From an uncultured Verrucomicrobiae bacterium (lineage in GTDB: Bacteria; Verrucomicrobiota; Verrucomicrobiia; Verrucomicrobiales; Akkermansiaceae), in the NCBI GenBank assembly GCA_963799385.1, contig CAWCXB010000018.1:27698-91697 (forward strand): 64,000 nt of DNA. The letters run 5' to 3'. Position 1 is the stretch's first letter; every line of letters starts with the position of its first letter. This document shows positions 59,098 to 64,000 of this stretch, piece by piece. The notes beneath the pieces were generated by a model. The model did no database searches. It saw nothing but the letters and a program-made list of their open reading frames with translations, and was not told where the DNA came from. The position numbers and the translations under genes were made by a program.

Positions 59098-59538
59098 ATG
59101 GACATCCCAGCAATCGATCTCACCCAAACATTTCCCCGCAGCCCTCGTGACTCCTCCATCGGAGGCTACGTGGTCGCCGCGCGCGCTCTAGACAAATGCC
59201 GCGCAGTTCTCAACGGCACCGCCGGCGAATATCATTCCGGCTGCCCGCTTGACGAGGTGTGGCTGGATTTTGCCGGGATCAAATACAAGGCGTTCCGGAA
59301 CTTCGTCTCCACTGGTGCCGATGACGAAGCTGTTTCCGTGTGGGTAAAAGACAACGCGAAGCAGAAGGACCGCAAAGACGTGATCAAATGGAACAACAAG
59401 ATGCGTGATCAGCGCATCAGCAAAATGCCCATCAAGCTTCAAGAATTTCTCGAAGACTACATCCCTGCGAACACCCCCACTGGGAAAGTCGTGCGCGTCT
59501 GGTTTGATGTCTATGACATTGAGGAAGAGCGCATCTGA
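59098..59538 (+). CDS. DUF5069-domain protein
   Basis: PRSP...GGYVVAARALDKCRA...GEYHSGCPLD. Confidence 0.8.
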   Translation: MDIPAIDLTQTFPRSPRDSSIGGYVVAARALDKCRAVLNGTAGEYHSGCPLDEVWLDFAGIKYKAFRNFVSTGADDEAVSVWVKDNAKQKDRKDVIKWNNKMRDQRISKMPIKLQEFLEDYIPANTPTGKVVRVWFDVYDIEEERI

Positions 59539-59548
59539 GCTGTCAGAC

Positions 59549-60628
59549 TTATTTCTTCCGCTTCAGCCTCTTCACCTCACGGGATTCTCCACCTTTCTCG
59601 ACGATCGTAAAGACTCCCCCGGTACGCTTCGCGAGTTCGAACATGGATTCCTCCGCTTTCGGTTCCATCAACGCTACCGAATTAATGATGATATCCTTGC
59701 TCTTCGCCTTGGCAGCAAGGTCTTTGGTTAACCCCATCATATCGCGACCGCTCATCGAGCCGTCGGTCATGAAGAAGATGATCTGAGGCGGGGGCTCCAT
59801 TTCAAAAGCCATTTCAAGAGGATGGGTCCAATCCGTACCTCCTGAAAGTTTCGAGTTTTTGATGATTTCAAGGGATTCATCCAATTGATTGGAAGTGACG
59901 TCCATCCATTCGGGGGTTTGGCGCTTTCCCACGGGTTTCCAATCGTGCAAGCCCCCTGAGCCGTCCCATTTAAAGGTATGCCCGCCCTTTGCCTTCACAA
60001 CGCTTCCCGAATTGTTACCCTTCACCTCACTTCCCGCTACCCACGCAGGCCCGGAGAAAAATACCATCTGGAATTTGGTCCCAGGAGAAAGTCCGCTCAC
60101 GGACTTGGTGAGTTCTTTCCGCATGAGCGCGTCCTTTTCACCCTTCATAGACTGCGAATAGTCGATCACGTAGGCAATGCGTTCCGCCTTGACCTCTTGA
60201 TTAAAGAACGTTGCCCCACCACCCTTGCCAAACCCGACATCATCTCCCCAACCGCCTCCGAAGTCATCGCCGTCTCCGAAATCTACGATTTCGGTCTCCA
60301 TGGCCACATCGGGCACGGGAATCGATGTCGCGGAAGCAGTCGCTGCGGCGATCACCTTCACCTGAGAGGACGAGGGAGCGGTGGGTTTTTTCTGAATCGC
60401 GATCTTCACTTTCTGCGGATCCGGAGCGTCATCTGCTAGATCAGTGCCTTTGTAAGTCACAATCGTCGGCGACTCTTTGACAATATTCGGTAGCAGCACA
60501 ACTCCAAGAATCAGAGCCACTAGCACGATCGTTAGAATCGATACAATCACCGAGCTGATGGTTGAGGTCCTCTTCTGCGCGGCGAGACGGGCCTGCGCCT
60601 CTTCGCTAATTTTTGCGTGAATACTCAT
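59549..60628 (-). CDS. Membrane-anchored vWA-domain protein
   Basis: TM segment, MIDAS motif YVIDYSQSM, GGTDW, FMTDG, LAKRTGG. Confidence 0.85.
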   Translation of the reverse strand: MSIHAKISEEAQARLAAQKRTSTISSVIVSILTIVLVALILGVVLLPNIVKESPTIVTYKGTDLADDAPDPQKVKIAIQKKPTAPSSSQVKVIAAATASATSIPVPDVAMETEIVDFGDGDDFGGGWGDDVGFGKGGGATFFNQEVKAERIAYVIDYSQSMKGEKDALMRKELTKSVSGLSPGTKFQMVFFSGPAWVAGSEVKGNNSGSVVKAKGGHTFKWDGSGGLHDWKPVGKRQTPEWMDVTSNQLDESLEIIKNSKLSGGTDWTHPLEMAFEMEPPPQIIFFMTDGSMSGRDMMGLTKDLAAKAKSKDIIINSVALMEPKAEESMFELAKRTGGVFTIVEKGGESREVKRLKRKK

Positions 60629-60791
60629 GGGGTTTGCGGATTGTGGCTTAGGTAGGGGACTTTTCCAGCGAAAACTCGCGTCGTGTAAATTTTGAACGGC
60701 CAGATCCCGAAAATCTTTGGGGAAATATTCAGGCATCCCCATAAAACCACGAAAACCTTATCGCGAAATGAATTGCATTTGATTTACTTCT

Positions 60792-61772
60792 ATGCACTCT
60801 CCGCCGCAGATGAATTTGCTTGCCGAGAATCTGGTATCCCCCGTTGTTCTTTGTTTCGCGCTCGGGATCGTGGCACGATGGATCAAGAGCGATCTCTCGA
60901 TCCCCGAGCCGATCTACCAAGGTCTCTCGATCTATCTTTTGCTGGCAATCGGACTCAAGGGAGGGGCGGCACTCGCGGTCACGCCATTTTCCGAGATGAT
61001 GATCCCCGGTGCGATGACCTTCGTAATGGGAGGCATCACGGCGGTCTCTGCCTATTTCCTGATGAAAAAATTCGGGCGGTTGAATACAGAGAACTCGGCA
61101 GCGGTCGCCGCGCACTACGGATCGGTCTCCGTCGTTACTTTCCTCGCAGCGATCGAGGCGGTGAAGCGCACCGGAATGGACTATGAAGGCTACCTGCCCG
61201 CATTGGTGGCAGTGCTCGAAGTTCCCGGAATCATTGTCGCACTCCTATTCGCGAGCAGCGGTGGCTCGGGAGGCGGCGGATGGAAACGTGCACTGCATGA
61301 GGTCGTAACAGGGAAAAGCATCGTCCTACTCGTGGGGGGCCTAGTGATCGGAGCCGCTTGCGGTCCGGCGAAACTAGCCGATGTCGCTCCGTTTTTCGTA
61401 ACGGCCTTCAAAGGAGCCCTATGCATCTTCCTTCTGGAGCTCGGGCTTATCGCTGGAAAGCGCTTGGCGGATGTCGGCAAAGCCGGGTGGAGACTCATCG
61501 CGCTCGGTTGTTTCCTCCCGGTATTTCATGGCACCTTGGGTGTTGCCGGAGCGATTCTTGCCGGGATGAGTCCAGGAGGCTCCGCGATTTTCGGAGCCAT
61601 GGTGGGCAGCGCATCCTACATTGCCGCTCCCGCTGCCGTCCGCATCGCCCTACCCAGCGCGAATCCAGGATACTATCTGACTCTCGCACTGGGTATCACC
61701 TTTCCTTTCAACCTCGCAATCGGCATTCCCTTGCTTCAGAAAGTCGCCAACCTCTTCCACTCATGGCTGTAA
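60792..61772 (+). CDS. sbtA: Sodium-dependent bicarbonate transporter SbtA family
   Basis: LSIYLLLAIGLKGG, AAHYGSVSVVTF, SASYIAAPAA, LGITFPFNLAIGIP. Confidence 0.92.
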   Translation: MHSPPQMNLLAENLVSPVVLCFALGIVARWIKSDLSIPEPIYQGLSIYLLLAIGLKGGAALAVTPFSEMMIPGAMTFVMGGITAVSAYFLMKKFGRLNTENSAAVAAHYGSVSVVTFLAAIEAVKRTGMDYEGYLPALVAVLEVPGIIVALLFASSGGSGGGGWKRALHEVVTGKSIVLLVGGLVIGAACGPAKLADVAPFFVTAFKGALCIFLLELGLIAGKRLADVGKAGWRLIALGCFLPVFHGTLGVAGAILAGMSPGGSAIFGAMVGSASYIAAPAAVRIALPSANPGYYLTLALGITFPFNLAIGIPLLQKVANLFHSWL

Positions 61773-62077
61773 AAATCCTTCTCAAAAAAGTCACCATCAA
61801 TGCGGAGCGCCTGCTTCGTGACCAGATCATCGAAATGATCAAACGCCACGGCGCGACCGGCTGGACAATCACAGCAGTAGAAGGTGAGGGTTCGCGCGGA
61901 AACCGCACCTCGGACTTCGAGGGGCGAAACGCACAAATCGATACCATCGTTTCCCCCGAAACAGCCGACGCAATCATGGAGGAAGTCGCAGAGAAGTATT
62001 TCACCAACTGGGCCATCATCACCTACTCGACAGATGTGGAGGTGCTCCGTGGGGAGAAATACGTCGGCGAAAACTGA
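61763..62077 (+). CDS. sbtB: PII-like regulator SbtB
   Basis: KKVTINAE...HGATGWTI...GEGSRG...DVEVLRGEK; overlaps the end of sbtA. Confidence 0.85.
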   Translation: MAVKILLKKVTINAERLLRDQIIEMIKRHGATGWTITAVEGEGSRGNRTSDFEGRNAQIDTIVSPETADAIMEEVAEKYFTNWAIITYSTDVEVLRGEKYVGEN

Positions 62078-62127
62078 GACGTCGGCAGAAACTTGACTGC
62101 CAAGCGCGGCACTTGCATCGTCGCAAC

Positions 62128-64000
62128 ATGTTACGATTTTTTGGCTTTATTTTCTTTGGAATGCTGGGCGCGGTGGCGTCGGGCGAGGAATCTTTCCGAT
62201 ATCAGATCGAGGTGCTGGCCGATGGAATTCCGCAACCGATGACCATTGAGGTCGGGCCGGAGGGCAAGCTCTGGTTTCATGAGATTGCGGGAAAAGTGCG
62301 CCTGCTGGATCCCGCGACAAAGGAGATCAGCGAGGTGGGCGAGCTGGAGGTGACCACGGAACAGGAAAACGGCTTGTTGGGGATGGCTCTGGATCCGGAT
62401 TTCGCGAAAAACGGATGGATCTATTTGCTGAATTCGCCAAGAAATTTCGATGGTCAGGTGATTTCTAGATTCAAGGTGACCCAGGGGAAGCTGGATCATG
62501 CGACGCGTAAGGATCTTCTTCGGATTCCCGAGCAGCGGAAGCAGTGCTGCCATCATGCCGGTGCTCTGCGCTTCGGTCCGGACGGAAACCTCTACGCCTC
62601 CACTGGAGACAACACCAGCCCTTTTGAGTCCGATGGATTTACACCGATTGATGAATCGAAAGGGCGGGAGCCGTGGGATGCACAGAAGTCTTCCGCGAAC
62701 ACGAACGATCTCCGGGGGAAAATTCTACGAATCCGCCCGACACCGGAGGGTGGTTACGAAATCCCTGAGGGAAATCTCTTTCCGGTCGGGACTCCCGAGA
62801 CCCGGCCAGAAATTTTTGCGATGGGATTTCGAAATCCATGGCGCTTCCAAATCGATCCGGTGACGGGATTCGTCTACATCGGCGACGTCGGCCCGGACTC
62901 AGGGAAGGATTCGCCCGAGCGCGGACCACGGGGTTTCGATACCGTGAACCAAGTTCGCAAGCCGGGCTACTTTGGCTGGCCCTATTCGAGAGGTGGTGAG
63001 GTATACCGGGACTATGATTTTTCGGAAAAGAAACCGGGCGAGGCTTTTGATCTGTCCGGGCCACTCAATGAGAGTCCCAACAATACCGGTCGAAAGGAAC
63101 TCCCGCCGGTGACGAAACCTCTGATCTGGTATCCGCACGCAGCAAGTGAGGAATTTCCGCTGGTCGGAACCGGGGGGCGGACCGCCTGTGCCGGGCCGGT
63201 CTTTCGCTATCAGGAGAAATTTGCGGAGACCGATGGTTTCCCTGAGAAGTATGATGGATGTCTGCTGATTTACGACTGGCAGCGGCCGTTCATGCTTTGG
63301 GCAAGACTGGATGAAAATTCGGAACTCGTCGGGCTGGAGCCTTTCACCGAAGCAATTCGAGTGGCACAAGGGGAACCCGATGATTCCGGGCGATTTCAGG
63401 TGCGGCGGCCGGTGGATGCCGTTTTCGGACCCGACGGAGCACTATTTTTAGCCGACTACGGGGAAACCTGGGGTGCGAACCGGAATTCAAGCATCTCGCG
63501 CATCACCTATCGCCGTGGGAACCTGCCTCCTGTCACGAAACTGACTGCGGACAAGACCGATGGAAAGGTGCCGCTAAACGTGAAATTTTCGGCGGCGGGC
63601 TCGAGCGACCCCGAGGGCCAGGCGCTGAGCTTCCAATGGATTTTGCAGCCAGGAGAAAAACCTTTCAGCACCGAGGAGGAGGCGAGCCTGACTCTGGAAG
63701 AGGCGGGGAATTACTCCGTCGAGCTTCGAATCACCGATGAAGCGGGCGGCGTGAGCTCCACAAAGGCGGAAATCACAGCCGGAAACAGCACACCGCAGGT
63801 GGGCTTCGAGATGCCAAAAGATGGAGGCTTTTTCACACCGGGTCAGCCTTTGGGATATCGTGTGAATTTTGATGATCCCGAAGAGGGAAAAAGCGGAACC
63901 GGCCCCGCGCCAGGGATGGTGGTCAGCGCGAAGTGGGCTGGCTGGGATGGAAAGGAAATAAAGGACGCGCCGGGGCAGGGACTGATGCGGCAGAACCATT
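62128..64000 (+). CDS. Secreted PQQ-dependent glucose/sorbosone dehydrogenase-like beta-propeller plus PKD domain, runs off the window
   Basis: Manual translation: MLRFFGF..., ENGLLGMALDPDF, CCHHAG, FGPDGNLY, DLRGKILRI, MGFRNPWR, SSDPEG (PKD). Confidence 0.85.
   Translation, partial: MLRFFGFIFFGMLGAVASGEESFRYQIEVLADGIPQPMTIEVGPEGKLWFHEIAGKVRLLDPATKEISEVGELEVTTEQENGLLGMALDPDFAKNGWIYLLNSPRNFDGQVISRFKVTQGKLDHATRKDLLRIPEQRKQCCHHAGALRFGPDGNLYASTGDNTSPFESDGFTPIDESKGREPWDAQKSSANTNDLRGKILRIRPTPEGGYEIPEGNLFPVGTPETRPEIFAMGFRNPWRFQIDPVTGFVYIGDVGPDSGKDSPERGPRGFDTVNQVRKPGYFGWPYSRGGEVYRDYDFSEKKPGEAFDLSGPLNESPNNTGRKELPPVTKPLIWYPHAASEEFPLVGTGGRTACAGPVFRYQEKFAETDGFPEKYDGCLLIYDWQRPFMLWARLDENSELVGLEPFTEAIRVAQGEPDDSGRFQVRRPVDAVFGPDGALFLADYGETWGANRNSSISRITYRRGNLPPVTKLTADKTDGKVPLNVKFSAAGSSDPEGQALSFQWILQPGEKPFSTEEEASLTLEEAGNYSVELRITDEAGGVSSTKAEITAGNSTPQVGFEMPKDGGFFTPGQPLGYRVNFDDPEEGKSGTGPAPGMVVSAKWAGWDGKEIKDAPGQGLMRQNH

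Noticed and set aside
1-64000. tRNA, rRNA or prophage genes
   Set aside because: None recognised by eye; a covariance-model scan could still find small RNAs.

Overview
Bacterial chromosome window, most consistent with Verrucomicrobia (PEP-CTERM and TIGR02597-like proteins, Verrucomicrobia-type LexA box, sulfatase/ThuA/DUF1080/GSDH content); the taxon is an inference. Housekeeping genes include ruvB, fur, panC, purU, opgG/opgH, tig-clpP-clpX, a Gld-like ABC system, a DAHP synthase, PolX-PHP and sbtAB. There is also an imuA-imuB-dnaE2 SOS mutagenesis cassette with a perfect TGTTC-N4-GAACA box. The most notable region is 37.15-44.8 kb: an integron-type gene cassette array with no integrase in the window (CALIN-like). 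It has five cassettes and four 87-88 bp attC sites of canonical architecture, and each cassette's GTTN4 start is complementary to the R'' box at its own end. Two identical 1750 bp IS110/IS1111-type elements sit at the same position inside the R' core (GT|T) of two attC sites. Their 3' non-coding region has a long-range stem and a 9-nt match to the target, suggesting a bridge/seek RNA. A decayed class C group II intron sits at the canonical IIC-attC position of a fifth attC and is itself interrupted by four small palindromic insertions. The window also has a RAYT transposase with flanking REP doublets, REPs translated in frame inside dnaE2 and imuB, many heptamer tandem repeats, a VapBC-type toxin-antitoxin pair and two small-ORF plus nucleotidyltransferase modules. 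All calls come from reading sequence and motifs by eye; no searches were run.
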